A stretch of 61,619 nucleotides of DNA, counting the filler. It is 6 parts of 6 records of this genome, joined end to end, with 100 filler letters (N's around TTAATTAATTAA, not from the genome) between each part and the next. Parts side by side here need not be neighbours in the genome. Positions count along the whole stretch, not along the records: positions 36,652 to 44,025 come from DRR723986_3405; positions 44,126 to 56,079 come from DRR723986_3407; 4 more parts are not named here. One strand, written 5' to 3'. How positions within the stretch are numbered: the first letter of the stretch is position 1; the number at the start of each line of letters is the position of its first letter. The notes beneath the pieces were generated by a model. The model did not search any database and was not told the DNA's origin. It was given only the letters and a program-made list of their open reading frames with translations. The translations under genes were made by a program, and so were the position numbers. Shown one piece after another: positions 41,564 to 53,304 of this stretch.

Positions 41564-42457
41564 ATGATGATCCGATCAATGACAGGTTTTGCCTCGGCCA
41601 CGGGTGCCAACGCGCCCTTCAGCTGGAGCTGGGAGCTGCGTGCGGTGAATGGCAAGGGGCTGGACCTGCGGCTGCGTGTGCCGGATTGGGTGGACGGGCT
41701 TGAGGCGGGGCTGCGCAAGACGCTTGGCGGTGCGGCGGCGCGGGGCAATGTGACCTGCAATCTGCGTCTGACCCGCGAGGAGGGCGGCGGCACCCTTGAG
41801 ATCAACGAAGATCAACTGCATGTCGTGCTCAATGCCCTGCACCAGATCGAGGCCCGAGCGATGGACGCCAATGTCTCGCTTGCCCCCTCCAAAGCCACCG
41901 ATATTGTCACAATGCGCGGCGTGCTGGAACAAGCCAGTCATGAGGATGATGGCGCGGCGCTGTGTAAGGTGTTGCTTGCCGATTTTGCAGCAGTTTTGAA
42001 TGATTTCAACGCGATGCGGTCCGCCGAAGGCACCGCATTGGCCGAGGTTCTGGCCGGACAGCTGGCTGAAGTCGAGGCCTTGACCAAGGCGGCCGCTGAC
42101 GCCGCGGCACTGCGCGCCGATGATATGCAAGACACCCTGCGGCGCAATCTGGCCAAGGTGATGGACAACGCCGATGGCGCTGACGCAGACCGCGTCGCGC
42201 AGGAGTTGGCATTGATCGCCGTCAAGTCCGACATCACCGAAGAGATCGACCGCCTTGACGCCCATGTCAGCGCCGCGCGGGATCTTCTGGCCGAAGGCGG
42301 TCCGGTGGGGCGCAAGCTGGATTTCCTGATGCAAGAATTCAACCGCGAGGCCAACACGCTGTGTTCCAAAGCCCAGAACACCGGATTGACCCGCATTGGT
42401 CTGGCGCTGAAAGCGGTGATCGACCAGATGCGGGAACAGGTACAGAATGTGGAGTAA
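41564..42457 (+). CDS. yicC: YicC/YloC family endoribonuclease
   Basis: RSMTGF, EEIDRL, GRKLDFLMQEFNREANT, MREQVQNVE. Confidence 0.95.
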   Translation: MMIRSMTGFASATGANAPFSWSWELRAVNGKGLDLRLRVPDWVDGLEAGLRKTLGGAAARGNVTCNLRLTREEGGGTLEINEDQLHVVLNALHQIEARAMDANVSLAPSKATDIVTMRGVLEQASHEDDGAALCKVLLADFAAVLNDFNAMRSAEGTALAEVLAGQLAEVEALTKAAADAAALRADDMQDTLRRNLAKVMDNADGADADRVAQELALIAVKSDITEEIDRLDAHVSAARDLLAEGGPVGRKLDFLMQEFNREANTLCSKAQNTGLTRIGLALKAVIDQMREQVQNVE

Positions 42458-42460
42458 CCC

Positions 42461-43117
42461 ATGAGCAGCGCCCAAGAACAGGACCGTCGCGGTCTTTTGA
42501 TCATCCTCAGCTCGCCCTCGGGCGCTGGCAAGTCCACGTTGGCCACGCGGCTGCGCAAATGGGATACGGACCTGAGCTTTTCTGTCTCTGCCACCACGCG
42601 GCCAATGCGTGACGGCGAAGCGGACGGGGTCGATTATCACTTCATGGCTGAAAAGACCTTCAAGGATCATGTGGCGGATGATCAGATGCTGGAACATGCC
42701 CATGTCTTTGGCAATTTTTACGGCAGTCCACGTGCGCCAGTGGAGGCGGCAATCAACGCAGGCCGCGATGTGTTGTTTGACATTGATTGGCAGGGCGCAC
42801 AGCAGATCACCAACTCCGCCCTTGGGGCGCATACCCTGTCGATCTTTTTGCTGCCGCCCTCCATCGCTGAGCTGCGCACACGGCTGGAGAAACGCAATCT
42901 CGACAGTCCGGATGTGATTGCCCGCCGGATGGAGAAAAGCTGGGACGAGATCAGCCATTGGGGCGGTTATGATTATGTGCTGGTCAACGACGATCTGGAT
43001 CAGACCGAAGCGCAGTTGAAAACCATCATTGAAGCCACGCGCCTGCGCCGGTTGCAGCAACCTTGGCTGAACGACCATGTCCGTGGGCTGCAATCTGAAT
43101 TTGAGGAAACATCATGA
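42461..43117 (+). CDS. gmk: guanylate kinase
   Basis: [23 protein letters not shown]. Confidence 0.97.
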   Translation: MSSAQEQDRRGLLIILSSPSGAGKSTLATRLRKWDTDLSFSVSATTRPMRDGEADGVDYHFMAEKTFKDHVADDQMLEHAHVFGNFYGSPRAPVEAAINAGRDVLFDIDWQGAQQITNSALGAHTLSIFLLPPSIAELRTRLEKRNLDSPDVIARRMEKSWDEISHWGGYDYVLVNDDLDQTEAQLKTIIEATRLRRLQQPWLNDHVRGLQSEFEETS

Positions 43118-43635
43118 CCCTTTATGCCCTTGGCGATACCCGCCCGACTGTGGATGACGACGCATGGGTTGCCCCCGATGCCAATGTGATTGGCAATGTG
43201 GTGCTTGAAGCCGGATCGTCGGTCTGGTTTGGCTGCACCCTGCGCGGTGACAACGAGGTGATCCATGTGGGCCAAGGCAGCAACGTGCAGGAAAATTGTG
43301 TGTTTCACACCGATCTCGGATATCCGCTGACCATCGGGGTCAATTGCACCATCGGCCACAAGGTGATGCTGCATGGCTGCACCATTGGCGACAACAGCCT
43401 GATTGGCATGGGGGCAACGGTGCTGAATGGCGCAAAGATCGGCAAGAATTGCCTGATCGGTGCGGGCGCGTTGATCACGGAAAACAAGGTGATCCCGGAT
43501 GGGTCGCTGGTGATGGGCGCTCCGGGCAAAGTGGTGCGGCAGCTGGACGAGGCGGCCTTTAAGGGGCTGACCGCAAGCGCCGAACACTACACAGAAAACG
43601 CGGCCCGGTTCCGCCGCGATCTCAAGCCGCTTTGA
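43114..43635 (+). CDS. gamma carbonic anhydrase family protein
   Basis: Hexapeptide repeats, LRGD, NVQE..H, IGH..LHGC. Confidence 0.93.
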   Translation: MTLYALGDTRPTVDDDAWVAPDANVIGNVVLEAGSSVWFGCTLRGDNEVIHVGQGSNVQENCVFHTDLGYPLTIGVNCTIGHKVMLHGCTIGDNSLIGMGATVLNGAKIGKNCLIGAGALITENKVIPDGSLVMGAPGKVVRQLDEAAFKGLTASAEHYTENAARFRRDLKPL

Positions 43636-43638
43636 TCC

Positions 43639-44025
43639 ATGCCTGACGCGCTGCTTTTGCCGGATCTGATCGGGGCGCTGCCGCTGCCGACCCTGGCGAT
43701 TGATCGCAACGAACGGATCATGGCGATGAACCCGGCGGCGCAGGATCTGCTGGGGGCAGGGCTTCAGGGGCGCAATTTTGTGACCGGCCTGCGCCAGCCT
43801 GCGTTGGTCGAAGCGGTTGAACAATGCCTGAGCGACCGCAAGCCCCGCATGGCACCCTATCTGGCCGGTGACGCGGGGCGCAACACGACTTATGATGTGT
43901 CGCTGCGCCATATGGAAAACCACGGTTTTCTGATCCTGAGCTTTCAGGACGTGACACAACTGGCTCAGGCAGGACAGATGCGCCGTGATTTTGTCGCCAA
44001 TGTCAGCCATGAATTGCGCACGCCG
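43639..44025 (+). CDS. phoR: PhoR-like sensor kinase, 3' truncated
   Basis: PAS-like region then RRDFVANVSHELRTP. Confidence 0.8.
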
Positions 44026-44384
44026 NNNNNNNNNNNNNNNNNNNNNNNNNNNNNNNNNNNNNNNNNNNNTTAATTAATTAANNNNNNNNNNNNNNNNNNN
44101 NNNNNNNNNNNNNNNNNNNNNNNNNCATCATCTTTCAACCTGTCAAACACTTTTGCGAAGAAATTTGTATTTTTCTGCAACACAGCAAAAGTGTGTTCCA
44201 ACCACCCCACAAGACGACGAAAACAAGCCCCTGACGCACAAGGATTTTTTTCTGAGTTGCACAAAAAACAGGCTCCCGAAGGAGCCCTGAAAATATTTCA
44301 TTTTTTTGACGCCCAAGCCCTTTAGAAGGAGCTTTGAACCCATTTAATTCCAATTTAATTCAAATTAATCTGAAAAATTCGGTC

Positions 44385-45161
44385 TTATTTGTTCTTGAAA
44401 TCGGGCTTCCGCTTCTCAACGAAGGCTGCCATGCCCTCTTTTTGATCTTCAGTGGCAAACAAACTGTGGAACATGCGACGCTCAAAAAGCATTCCTTCGG
44501 ACAACGACCCTTCGAATGCACGATTAATGCTTTCTTTGGCCATCATGACAGAGGGATTTGAATAAGCAGCAATCACCGTGGCCGCCTCAATCGCCTCATC
44601 GAGGCACTTGTCCGCAGGAACGACCCGAGAAACAAGGCCGGCACGCTCGGCCTCGGCCGCATCCATGAGACGGCCGGTCAAGCAAAGGTCCATGGCCTTG
44701 GCTTTGCTGATAGCGCGGGGCAAGCGCTGGGTGCCGCCGGCGCCTGGAATGATACCGAGCTTGATTTCAGGCTGACCAAATTTGGCAGTGTCAGCACAAA
44801 TAATGAAATCGGTCATCATGGCCAGCTCGCAACCACCGCCCAAAGCGAAACCACGGACAGCGGCAATCACTGGTTTGCGAATATTGCGGATGGTTTCCCA
44901 GTTGCGAGTGATGTATTCGCTTTTGTACACATCCATATAAGTGAATGTAGCCATGGCTCCAATGTCGGCCCCGGCTGCAAAGGCCTTGTCATTGCCAGTG
45001 ATGACCATGGCTCCGATGTTCTCATCGGAATCAAAGTCCATCAAAGCCTGGCCCAACTCTGTCATTAACTGGTCGTTCAGCGCATTCAGAACCTGGGGGC
45101 GATTCAAGCGCACCAAGCCGACTTTGCCAATGGTTTCTACAAGAATGGTTTCATAGGTCAT
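44385..45161 (-). CDS. enoyl-CoA hydratase
   Basis: [39 protein letters not shown]. Confidence 0.95.
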   Translation of the reverse strand: MTYETILVETIGKVGLVRLNRPQVLNALNDQLMTELGQALMDFDSDENIGAMVITGNDKAFAAGADIGAMATFTYMDVYKSEYITRNWETIRNIRKPVIAAVRGFALGGGCELAMMTDFIICADTAKFGQPEIKLGIIPGAGGTQRLPRAISKAKAMDLCLTGRLMDAAEAERAGLVSRVVPADKCLDEAIEAATVIAAYSNPSVMMAKESINRAFEGSLSEGMLFERRMFHSLFATEDQKEGMAAFVEKRKPDFKNK

Positions 45162-45313
45162 GTTTAGTCTCCAGCTTATTTGATTGGGATGGGGAAAGTC
45201 TAACCGCTCAAATTCGAGGAATCGGCGACTGAAAAGAGTTTTGAAGGAAGACGTGACTTTATTTTCTGTCTAGGACAAAATAGGGGCACTTTGGACAAAA
45301 CAGGTAGTAAAGA

Positions 45314-46060
45314 ATGACAAAGTGCGTATTTGTAATGGGCGCCAATAGTGCGATTGCCCAAGAATTGATTCGGTTGTGCGTGGACTCCGGCCAGGAGGTA
45401 GTTGCCGCGGGACGAGACACTGCGGTACTTGAGGCTCTGTATGGCCACTTGTCGAATGTTCATATCGTAGAGGTTCAAGCTTGTGACTCCGGTTCAGTGG
45501 ACGCGGCTTTTCAGGCTATGGTTGCAGAAGGCCGGCATGTTGATGGCTACGCACATTGCGTGGGTTCCATTTTGGTGGCCCCGCTTGTCAAAACCAGCGA
45601 CGCTCAACTTGACAGCGTCATGCAGGTCAACCTGCTTTCGGCCATGTACGGCTTGAGGGCGTTTTTGAAACAGGCGAAGGCACAGGGCCAGGGTGGCTCG
45701 GCGGTGCTTGTGTCAACTTGCGCAACCGGAATTGGCGTACCCAATCACGAGGCGATTGCAGCAGCGAAGGCCGGCGTTGAGGGCTTGGCCAGGTCAGCTG
45801 CAGCCACACATTCGGCTGACAACATTCGGGTTAATGTGGTCGCACCAGGTTTGACCGACTCCCCGATTGCTTCGGCGTTTCTGAAAAGCGACATGATGCG
45901 GGCGGCAAGTGCAAAGCAATATCCTCTGCAGGGCATCAACACACCAGCCGAAGTGGCACAAGCAATGCATTGGCTGTTGAGCGATGGCGCCAGCCGGATG
46001 ACCGGCGCTGTATTGAACGTCGATGGCGGCTTCCGGAATATACGCCCTCTTGTGAAGTAA
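45314..46060 (+). CDS. atypical SDR oxidoreductase
   Basis: MGANSAIA, IRVNVVAPG, VDGG; catalytic Tyr replaced (IAAAK). Confidence 0.88.
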   Translation: MTKCVFVMGANSAIAQELIRLCVDSGQEVVAAGRDTAVLEALYGHLSNVHIVEVQACDSGSVDAAFQAMVAEGRHVDGYAHCVGSILVAPLVKTSDAQLDSVMQVNLLSAMYGLRAFLKQAKAQGQGGSAVLVSTCATGIGVPNHEAIAAAKAGVEGLARSAAATHSADNIRVNVVAPGLTDSPIASAFLKSDMMRAASAKQYPLQGINTPAEVAQAMHWLLSDGASRMTGAVLNVDGGFRNIRPLVK

Positions 46061-46088
46061 ACCCCATTCGATTGAAAGTAGGCCCACC

Positions 46089-47369
46089 ATGCAGTACCGC
46101 ACACCCAACAAATTTGAATCGAGTCGCAGAGCCGCATTGGATACATTGGCAAAAGTAGACCCGATACTTTATAGCCGCTCCCGAAACTTTCTCGATGGGG
46201 CAGTGACTGGCTTATCCCCTTGGATTACCCATGGATACCTGAGTGTTCGAGAGGCCACGCAGGTCTTGATGGAAAAATACCGCCTGAGTTTTGAGGACAA
46301 ACTGATATTCGAGTTCGCTTGGCGCGAATTTTTCAAGCATGCACATGCTGAACTGGGGAGTGGAATTCTGAACGATGTTCGCCGCCCCGTCTGGCCCGGC
46401 AGGTACAACCATCAATTGCCGGACGATATCCGGGAAGGCCGAACCGGAATTGAAGCAATTGATGCCGGGGTGGCGTTGCTATACGAGACCGGCTATTTGC
46501 ACAACCATGTGCGGATGTGGATTGCCTCGTATGTAGTACATATGCGCAAGGTGCACTGGAAAGTGGGCGCTGACTGGATGTATGCCCATTTATTGGATGG
46601 AGACCTCGCCTCCAACCATTTGAGCTGGCAGTGGGTGGCGGGTACGTTCAGCCACAAACCATACGTGTTTAACTCGGACAATGTGAAAAAATACGCTCCG
46701 AAGTGGGATTGTAGCGGCACGGCGATCGACACCGACTATGAAGACCTTGAATCGATCGCTCGCAGCAAACGCGATGTGGGGCGCGAGAGAAATGCGCCAC
46801 CCGTTGGAGTCGCTGAGCCGACTAGCCACTCCTTTGATGTTGAGCTTTTGAGCGACACGCTGAAGCGCAAGACGGTGGATCTTCGCCAACAGGCTGGTGT
46901 TGACTCGTGCAGTGCACTGATGAGCAACTTCAGGAAGATCAATTTGGTTCACCCCTGGGATCTGAAAGCCTGTTTTGATTTAACACAAAGCGGTGAATTG
47001 CGCGTGGGGCTGATTGACTGTGCGTTTCACAAAGCTCACCCGTGGAATAAGCAGCGATGGGATTTCGTGTTGAACGCCATGGAAACTGGCTGCGACCAGA
47101 TCTGGGTTGTGAACACGGATGACATTGGACACTGCACAAGCATGCTGGCCAGCTTCATGAAAACCGGCGCCGAGTTTGAATTAAGAGAAACATTGAATTC
47201 AGGTTACCTGATGATCGGACGGTGTTTTCCGGTTCGATGGGTACCCGAGGAAAAGCTGCTCCCAAACCCGCTCCGCTTTCAACAGAGCTTTTCGCGCTTT
47301 TACAGAGAGGCCACTTTGATGGCAGGCAGTCTCGAGGAGGCGATACATGGCGGCATTTTGGTGGAATAA
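46089..47369 (+). CDS. photolyase with N-terminal FAD domain (inverted domain order)
   Basis: SRNFLDGAVTGLSPWI, WREFF, TGYLHNHVRMW, LLDGDLASNHLSWQW in the N-terminal half. Confidence 0.85.
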   Translation: MQYRTPNKFESSRRAALDTLAKVDPILYSRSRNFLDGAVTGLSPWITHGYLSVREATQVLMEKYRLSFEDKLIFEFAWREFFKHAHAELGSGILNDVRRPVWPGRYNHQLPDDIREGRTGIEAIDAGVALLYETGYLHNHVRMWIASYVVHMRKVHWKVGADWMYAHLLDGDLASNHLSWQWVAGTFSHKPYVFNSDNVKKYAPKWDCSGTAIDTDYEDLESIARSKRDVGRERNAPPVGVAEPTSHSFDVELLSDTLKRKTVDLRQQAGVDSCSALMSNFRKINLVHPWDLKACFDLTQSGELRVGLIDCAFHKAHPWNKQRWDFVLNAMETGCDQIWVVNTDDIGHCTSMLASFMKTGAEFELRETLNSGYLMIGRCFPVRWVPEEKLLPNPLRFQQSFSRFYREATLMAGSLEEAIHGGILVE

Positions 47370-47372
47370 CAG

Positions 47373-47855
47373 ATGGCACAGGCATTGAAAACACACTGGA
47401 TGAATATTCTTGGTTACGCTGGATTAATTCCTTTTTTGGGTTTGGCAGCCCTCACCGGGATATACACCGGCACCGAAACTGCTGAGCAGCTCGCTTATTA
47501 CAACCTGATCTATGCCCTGTGCATTATTTCTTTTTTGGGTGCTGTGCATTGGGGATTGGCGATTTCACTCAGTAGCCAGGAGCAAGCCACTTACCTGGCG
47601 GGGTTGGACCAAGCAGAATTTGAAACTCGGAGTTTTATCTGGGGTGTGACGCCCTCGCTGCTGGCCTGGTTGGTCGGTGCATTTTCACCACCCCAGTTCA
47701 CCCTGTGGATTCTTGCATTGGTATTGGGCTTAGTCTGGCTGGTGGACCAACGCTTTTTAAAGCCGATGAAAGCCTTTGATGCCTACCTGCGCTTGAGAAA
47801 CCACCTGACTTTGGGTGCAATTCTTGGATTGCTGGTGACCGCCTGCTTTGCCTAA
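47373..47855 (+). CDS. DUF3429 membrane protein
   Basis: LGYAGLIPF, Y...I.SFLGAVHWG, YLRLR..LT. Confidence 0.9.
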   Translation: MAQALKTHWMNILGYAGLIPFLGLAALTGIYTGTETAEQLAYYNLIYALCIISFLGAVHWGLAISLSSQEQATYLAGLDQAEFETRSFIWGVTPSLLAWLVGAFSPPQFTLWILALVLGLVWLVDQRFLKPMKAFDAYLRLRNHLTLGAILGLLVTACFA

Positions 47856-47903
47856 TGGTGTAGTCTTGAATCAAGACTGATCAGAAGCAAGGATGGAAAA
47901 AGT

Positions 47904-48887
47904 ATGTTCAAGGCTGTATTTCTTCAGAAAAACGAACAAGGCGAATTCAAGGCCAGTGTTCAAGAGCTGGACGAGACTCAATTGCCTGGATCTGGCGATG
48001 TGCTGGTTCAGATTTCCCACTCCACTCTCAATTACAAAGACGGTCTGGCCATTTGTAACAAGTCACCCGTAGTACGCCAGTGGCCCATGGTGGCGGGTAT
48101 TGATGGTGCGGGTACTGTGCTGGAAAGCGCCCACCCTGGATTCAAACCCGGAGATGAAGTGATTCTGAATGGATTCGGTGTGGGTGAAACGCATTGGGGC
48201 TGCCTGGCAGAAAAAGCCAGATTGAAAGGTGACTGGCTGATCAAACGCCCCAAGGGCCTGAGTGCGGCGCAGGCCATGGCGATTGGCACGGCAGGTTACA
48301 CCGCCATGCTGTGTGTGTTGGGCCTTGAGAAAAGCGGCGTGAAACCGGAGAGTGGTGAGATTTTGGTGACCGGTGCAACCGGTGGCGTGGGCAGTATTGC
48401 GATTGTGCTGTTGCGCAAACTCGGATACACCGTGGTTGCCACGAGTGGGAAACCTGAGCAAACCGAGTTTTTGAAAGGCCTGGGCGCCAGTGAGGTATTG
48501 GACCGCAAGTTGTTGAGTGAACCCGGGAAACCCTTGCAACGTGAACGTTGGGCTGGTGTAGTGGACTGTGTGGGTTCGCACACACTGGCCAATGCCTGTG
48601 CACAGACAAAGTACGGCGGTACTGTGACCGCTTGCGGCTTGGCTCAGGGCATGGATTTTCCCTCTTCAGTGGCACCATTCATTTTGCGAGGTGTTGCCTT
48701 GAAAGGGATTGATTCGGTGATGGCGCCGCTCGCGGTACGTGAAGAGGCATGGCGCAGACTGGCTTCAGACCTTGATTTGAACAAACTGAATGACCTGACT
48801 CGAACACTCCCTCTGGAGGGTGCGATTGAAGCGGCGGCTCAAATTATGGCAGGCACTAACACCGGCCGAGTGTTGATTAAAATTTAA
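47904..48887 (+). CDS. YhdH/AcuI family MDR oxidoreductase
   Basis: STLNYKDGL, AMAIGTAGYTA, TGATGGVGS, PFILRGV.L.GIDS. Confidence 0.93.
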   Translation: MFKAVFLQKNEQGEFKASVQELDETQLPGSGDVLVQISHSTLNYKDGLAICNKSPVVRQWPMVAGIDGAGTVLESAHPGFKPGDEVILNGFGVGETHWGCLAEKARLKGDWLIKRPKGLSAAQAMAIGTAGYTAMLCVLGLEKSGVKPESGEILVTGATGGVGSIAIVLLRKLGYTVVATSGKPEQTEFLKGLGASEVLDRKLLSEPGKPLQRERWAGVVDCVGSHTLANACAQTKYGGTVTACGLAQGMDFPSSVAPFILRGVALKGIDSVMAPLAVREEAWRRLASDLDLNKLNDLTRTLPLEGAIEAAAQIMAGTNTGRVLIKI

Positions 48888-48903
48888 TAGATTCATAGCG
48901 ACC

Positions 48904-50742
48904 ATGTTGCATTACCAGGTTACGGTGGCAGACCCAAAGGGCCACTACTTTGACGTTCAGTTGCAATTTGAGATTGCAATGGAGCAATTGCAGGGCGCGG
49001 GTGAAAAGCGCTGGATTGACCTGAGCTTGCCTACCTGGATTCCAGGCAGCTATCTGATTAGGGAATTTTCACGGAACGTGCTGTACGTGCGTGCGCAGGC
49101 TGGATCGGTTGAAACTGCATGCACGCGGGAAAGAAAGGACACTTGGCGTGTTCACGTGGATGCCGCGCAACTTGTGCCGACTTCCCAGTCACTGTTAGTT
49201 CAATGCGAATGGCGAGTGTACGCGTGGGACTTGTCAGTCCGCGGTGCACACCTGGATGATACCCATGGTTTTTTCAACGGCACCAGCCTGTTTTTATGCC
49301 CGAGGGGATTCGACCGAGAGCCGGTTGAACTGACAATTTCGAGACCGGGGGAGGATTTGCAGGATTGGCTGGTTGCCTGTGGAATGCCCAGTCAGCCAGG
49401 TACATTGAAAGACCGCCACGGTTGCCCGGTGCTGCGGGCAGGAAGCTCCGTCAAGTTCAAGGCGACCGACTTCGATAGTTTGATCGATCACCCGGTGGAA
49501 ATGGGTGAATTGCAGGTTGAAAGTTTCTCTGCCCTCGGCGTGGAACATGTATTCGCCGTGTATGGCGCCGATACAGACCTTGACTTACTACGCATTTGTA
49601 ACGACCTGAAACCGGTGTGCGAGGCCCAAATTGCCCTATTCGAACCGGAAACCAGGCGAGCGCCCTTTGAACGCTATGTGTTTATGCTGCATGCGACCGA
49701 CAACGGCTACGGTGGACTGGAACACAGAAACAGCACCGCCTTGCTTTTTAACGCGGGAGAGTTGCCACAACGCGGCGTTGAAAAAGCGCCCAAAGGGTAT
49801 GAAGGCTTTCTGGGGCTTTGCAGCCATGAGTACTTTCATTCTTGGAACGTAAAGCGGATGAAGCCAGCCGCATTTGTTCCTTACGACTTGACCCGGGAAA
49901 ACTACACTCGACTGCTTTGGATCTTCGAGGGCTTCACCTCTTATTACGACGACGTGATGCTGGCACGCGCTGGCAAATTGACTGAAGAGGCTTATCTGAA
50001 AAGCGTGGGCAGAAACGTTGCTCAGGTGATGAAAGGGCCTGGGCGCTTGAATCAAAGTGTGGCTGACAGTTCCTTCGATGCATGGACCAAATACTACCGA
50101 CAAGACGAAAACGCACCCAACGCGATTGTGAGTTATTACACCAAAGGCTCACTGGTGGCTTTGTGTATTGATTCCGTACTTCGACAGCGAACCAGCGGAC
50201 AAAAAAACCTGGACGACGTGATGCGATTGATGTGGCAAAAAAAGGGATCTGGGCGGGAAGGGTTGCAGGAAGACGAATTTCCCGGTTTGGTGCTCGAAGC
50301 CACTGGAGTCGACCTTGGGCAGGAGATTTCAGAGTGGACCCAGAGCACGGCAGAGTTGCCATTGAATGATGCGCTGAAGGCTTATGGTTTTACACTAAGC
50401 CAAACCCCGAATGATGAGCAGATTTACCTCGGATTACACGGTCAATTCAAACCTGAAGGCATGCTGGTAAAGCAGGTAATCAACGGCGGCCCGGCGCATG
50501 CGAGCGGAATTTCAGCAGGCGATTTGCTGGTGTCTCTAGGCGAAAAGAAACTGACTGAAACGCACTACAAGCGGATGTTGGCAGCGAACCAGCCTGGCGT
50601 TGCGCTTCGGGCCATTGGATTTCGCGCCGAGCGATTGCTGGAGTTTAGCTTGCTGGCAGGCAAGCCCGTATCCAATGAGTGGACGATCAAGAAACTGGAA
50701 CAGATTGATGGCAGCACTGTTCCGGCGCCGTGGCTTCAGTAA
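48904..50742 (+). CDS. M61 family aminopeptidase with PDZ domain
   Basis: [32 protein letters not shown]. Confidence 0.93.
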   Translation: MLHYQVTVADPKGHYFDVQLQFEIAMEQLQGAGEKRWIDLSLPTWIPGSYLIREFSRNVLYVRAQAGSVETACTRERKDTWRVHVDAAQLVPTSQSLLVQCEWRVYAWDLSVRGAHLDDTHGFFNGTSLFLCPRGFDREPVELTISRPGEDLQDWLVACGMPSQPGTLKDRHGCPVLRAGSSVKFKATDFDSLIDHPVEMGELQVESFSALGVEHVFAVYGADTDLDLLRICNDLKPVCEAQIALFEPETRRAPFERYVFMLHATDNGYGGLEHRNSTALLFNAGELPQRGVEKAPKGYEGFLGLCSHEYFHSWNVKRMKPAAFVPYDLTRENYTRLLWIFEGFTSYYDDVMLARAGKLTEEAYLKSVGRNVAQVMKGPGRLNQSVADSSFDAWTKYYRQDENAPNAIVSYYTKGSLVALCIDSVLRQRTSGQKNLDDVMRLMWQKKGSGREGLQEDEFPGLVLEATGVDLGQEISEWTQSTAELPLNDALKAYGFTLSQTPNDEQIYLGLHGQFKPEGMLVKQVINGGPAHASGISAGDLLVSLGEKKLTETHYKRMLAANQPGVALRAIGFRAERLLEFSLLAGKPVSNEWTIKKLEQIDGSTVPAPWLQ

Positions 50743-51524
50743 AAAAGATCGGCCAGTGCCCGGCCTGGTGAGGGTGCTCTCATGAACGCCTCACCAACCA
50801 AAAATGCGTGAATATCGTTGGCTCGCATGAGTGCGACGTCGTCACGGGTTGCAATACCGCTTTCGGTAACCAATAAATGTTCGGGCCCTACTCGGTCTTT
50901 CAGATCCAGCGTGGTTTTCAATGACGTTTCAAATGTTCGCAAATTGCGGTTGTTCACTCCAATTAAAGGGGTTTTCAACTGCAAAGCGATGTCCATTTCT
51001 TGTGCATCGTGCACTTCCACCAGCACATCCATACCTAGTTCGTTGGCACATTGCTCGAGTTCCAGCAGTTGAGGCAACTGCAAGGCAGAAACAATCAACA
51101 AGATAGCGTCAGCCCCCAAACCCCGGGCCTGCACAACCTGATAAGTGTCGATGATGAAATCCTTACGGATACACGGCAAACCACTCGCTTCACGAGCCAA
51201 GTCGAGGTACTGAGGCGCGCCTTTGAAGTATTGAATGTCAGTGAGAACCGACAGACAGGTCGCTCCGTGCTCAGCATAGCTTTTTGCAATTTCCACGGGA
51301 TCGAAAGGTTCGCGCAAAATACCTTTGCTGGGGCTGGCACGTTTTACCTCTGCAATAACTGCAGGCAAACCTTTGGCCACCGCAGTTTTCATGGCATTGG
51401 TGAAACCCCGCGTTGGTGCCAACCTGGCGGCTTTTGCCAACCATTGCACTTCAGACAACACCTTTTTGCCCTGCGAAATTTCTTCGCGTTTGGTGGCGAG
51501 GATTTTGTCAAGAATATCGCTCAT
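50736..51524 (-). CDS. trpC: indole-3-glycerol phosphate synthase
   Basis: [28 protein letters not shown]. Confidence 0.97.
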   Translation of the reverse strand: MSDILDKILATKREEISQGKKVLSEVQWLAKAARLAPTRGFTNAMKTAVAKGLPAVIAEVKRASPSKGILREPFDPVEIAKSYAEHGATCLSVLTDIQYFKGAPQYLDLAREASGLPCIRKDFIIDTYQVVQARGLGADAILLIVSALQLPQLLELEQCANELGMDVLVEVHDAQEMDIALQLKTPLIGVNNRNLRTFETSLKTTLDLKDRVGPEHLLVTESGIATRDDVALMRANDIHAFLVGEAFMRAPSPGRALADLFY

Positions 51525-51538
51525 GATGCTGCCTTGTT

Positions 51539-52576
51539 TTATTGCTCAATCGACTTGGTGAAATCGACGAATTCATTGAGTTTGCGAATTGCCGCGCCAC
51601 TGGATATCGTCGCGCGGGCGACTTCAACACCCCCTTTCAGGCTATCCACGATTCCAGCGGTATACAGACCAGCAGCACTATTAAGCAATACGATGTCCCC
51701 GATTACACCGCCCTTGCCATTCAAAGCATGGAAAATTTTGTCGCGTGACTCCTGCACGGAACCTGCGTGCAAGCTGCTGTGTGAGGCCCTGGTCAGACCG
51801 AAATCTTCTGGCTTGATGGAGTAGTTTCTGATTTCACCGTCACGCAGCTCTGCAATTTGTGAGTCGCATTCAATACACAGTTCGTCCATGCCGTTCTCGC
51901 CATGAACAATGAGCGCCTGAACAGACCCTAAACGCCGAAGCACCTCGGCCTGCAATTCAAGCAAGTTGGCGCTATATACACCCATGACCTGACGTTTGGC
52001 ATTGGCTGGATTAGTCAATGGACCCAGAATATTGAACACAGTACGCACACCCAGTTCTTTTCGGACCGGGCCAGCAAAACGCATGGCACTGTGGTGATTT
52101 GGGGCAAACATGAAACCAATGCCAACCCGATCAATCGACTGCGCAACCTGCTCTGGTTTAAGGTTGATGTTGGCACCCAGCAATTCAAGCACATCGGCGC
52201 TGCCAGAATTGGATGACACACTGCGACCACCGTGCTTGCCAACTTTTGCACCGGCCGCCGCCAACACAAACATGCAAGCTGTAGAAATATTGAATGTTTG
52301 CGCACCGTCCCCGCCCGTGCCGCACAAGTCAACCACCTCGGTGCCTGAGGGTAATTCAACTGGGGTTACCAGATCCCGCATCACCTGCGCAGCTGCAGCC
52401 ACCTCTTCGGCTGTTTCACCTTTGACCCTCAAACCCACCAGCAAGCCGGCAATTTGCGCGGTGGTTAGACCACCACTTAGCAGCGCTTGAAAGGCTTGAC
52501 GTGTTAAATCGTGCGACAAGTCTTGACCTGCGAGCAGCTGGTTCAGTGTTGCAGAGTAATTAAAAGGTTGGGACAT
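51539..52576 (-). CDS. trpD: anthranilate phosphoribosyltransferase
   Basis: GTGGDG..TFNIST, KHGGRS.SS..GSAD. Confidence 0.97.
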   Translation of the reverse strand: MSQPFNYSATLNQLLAGQDLSHDLTRQAFQALLSGGLTTAQIAGLLVGLRVKGETAEEVAAAAQVMRDLVTPVELPSGTEVVDLCGTGGDGAQTFNISTACMFVLAAAGAKVGKHGGRSVSSNSGSADVLELLGANINLKPEQVAQSIDRVGIGFMFAPNHHSAMRFAGPVRKELGVRTVFNILGPLTNPANAKRQVMGVYSANLLELQAEVLRRLGSVQALIVHGENGMDELCIECDSQIAELRDGEIRNYSIKPEDFGLTRASHSSLHAGSVQESRDKIFHALNGKGGVIGDIVLLNSAAGLYTAGIVDSLKGGVEVARATISSGAAIRKLNEFVDFTKSIEQ

Positions 52577-52621
52577 GACGTGTGTGAACAAAAAAGTTGG
52601 ATATGTTAGGTGCGTGTGGGA

Positions 52622-53206
52622 TTAAGCAGCCACAGGTGATTTAACGCGCTTTAAAAAATTCTTCAGGAGGTCATGACCCCGGTCACTCAAGATCGACTCG
52701 GGGTGAAACTGAACCCCTTCAACATCCAGTGTTTTGTGGCGTACACCCATAATTTCTCCATCCGCAGTTTCTGCAGTCACCTCCAGACAATCGGGCAAAC
52801 TCTCACGCTCAATGGCCAAGGAATGATAACGAATGCATGTCAGCGGATTGGGCAATCCTTCAAACACACCCACATTGGTATGGTGAACCGGGGAAGTTTT
52901 ACCGTGCATGATGGTTTTTGCACGCACCACTTTGCCACCAAATGCTTCGCCAATGGCCTGATGCCCGAGGCATACCCCGAGAACCGGCACCACACCGGCC
53001 ATGCGCTGAATCATTTCGATGGACACGCCAGCCTGCGCAGGCGAGCATGGTCCGGGAGATACACACACTGCGCTTGGCCTTAAAGCGAGCGCCTCATCGA
53101 CGGTGATCGCATCGTTGCGAACAACATGAACCTGTTGCCCCAACTCGCCGAAATACTGCACGAGATTGAAGGTGAAACTGTCGTAGTTGTCGATCATCAA
53201 CAGCAT
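52622..53206 (-). CDS. trpG: anthranilate synthase component II
   Basis: [25 protein letters not shown]. Confidence 0.96.
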   Translation of the reverse strand: MLLMIDNYDSFTFNLVQYFGELGQQVHVVRNDAITVDEALALRPSAVCVSPGPCSPAQAGVSIEMIQRMAGVVPVLGVCLGHQAIGEAFGGKVVRAKTIMHGKTSPVHHTNVGVFEGLPNPLTCIRYHSLAIERESLPDCLEVTAETADGEIMGVRHKTLDVEGVQFHPESILSDRGHDLLKNFLKRVKSPVAA

Positions 53207-53304
53207 GGTGGACCTGCATTTCAAATAGAGGGGGAGAAAGAAGCGCGTGTTCGATTAAAATGTTAACACATGCGCCTGCCACGGCTCCTTGCGGGCTGGA
53301 ACTA

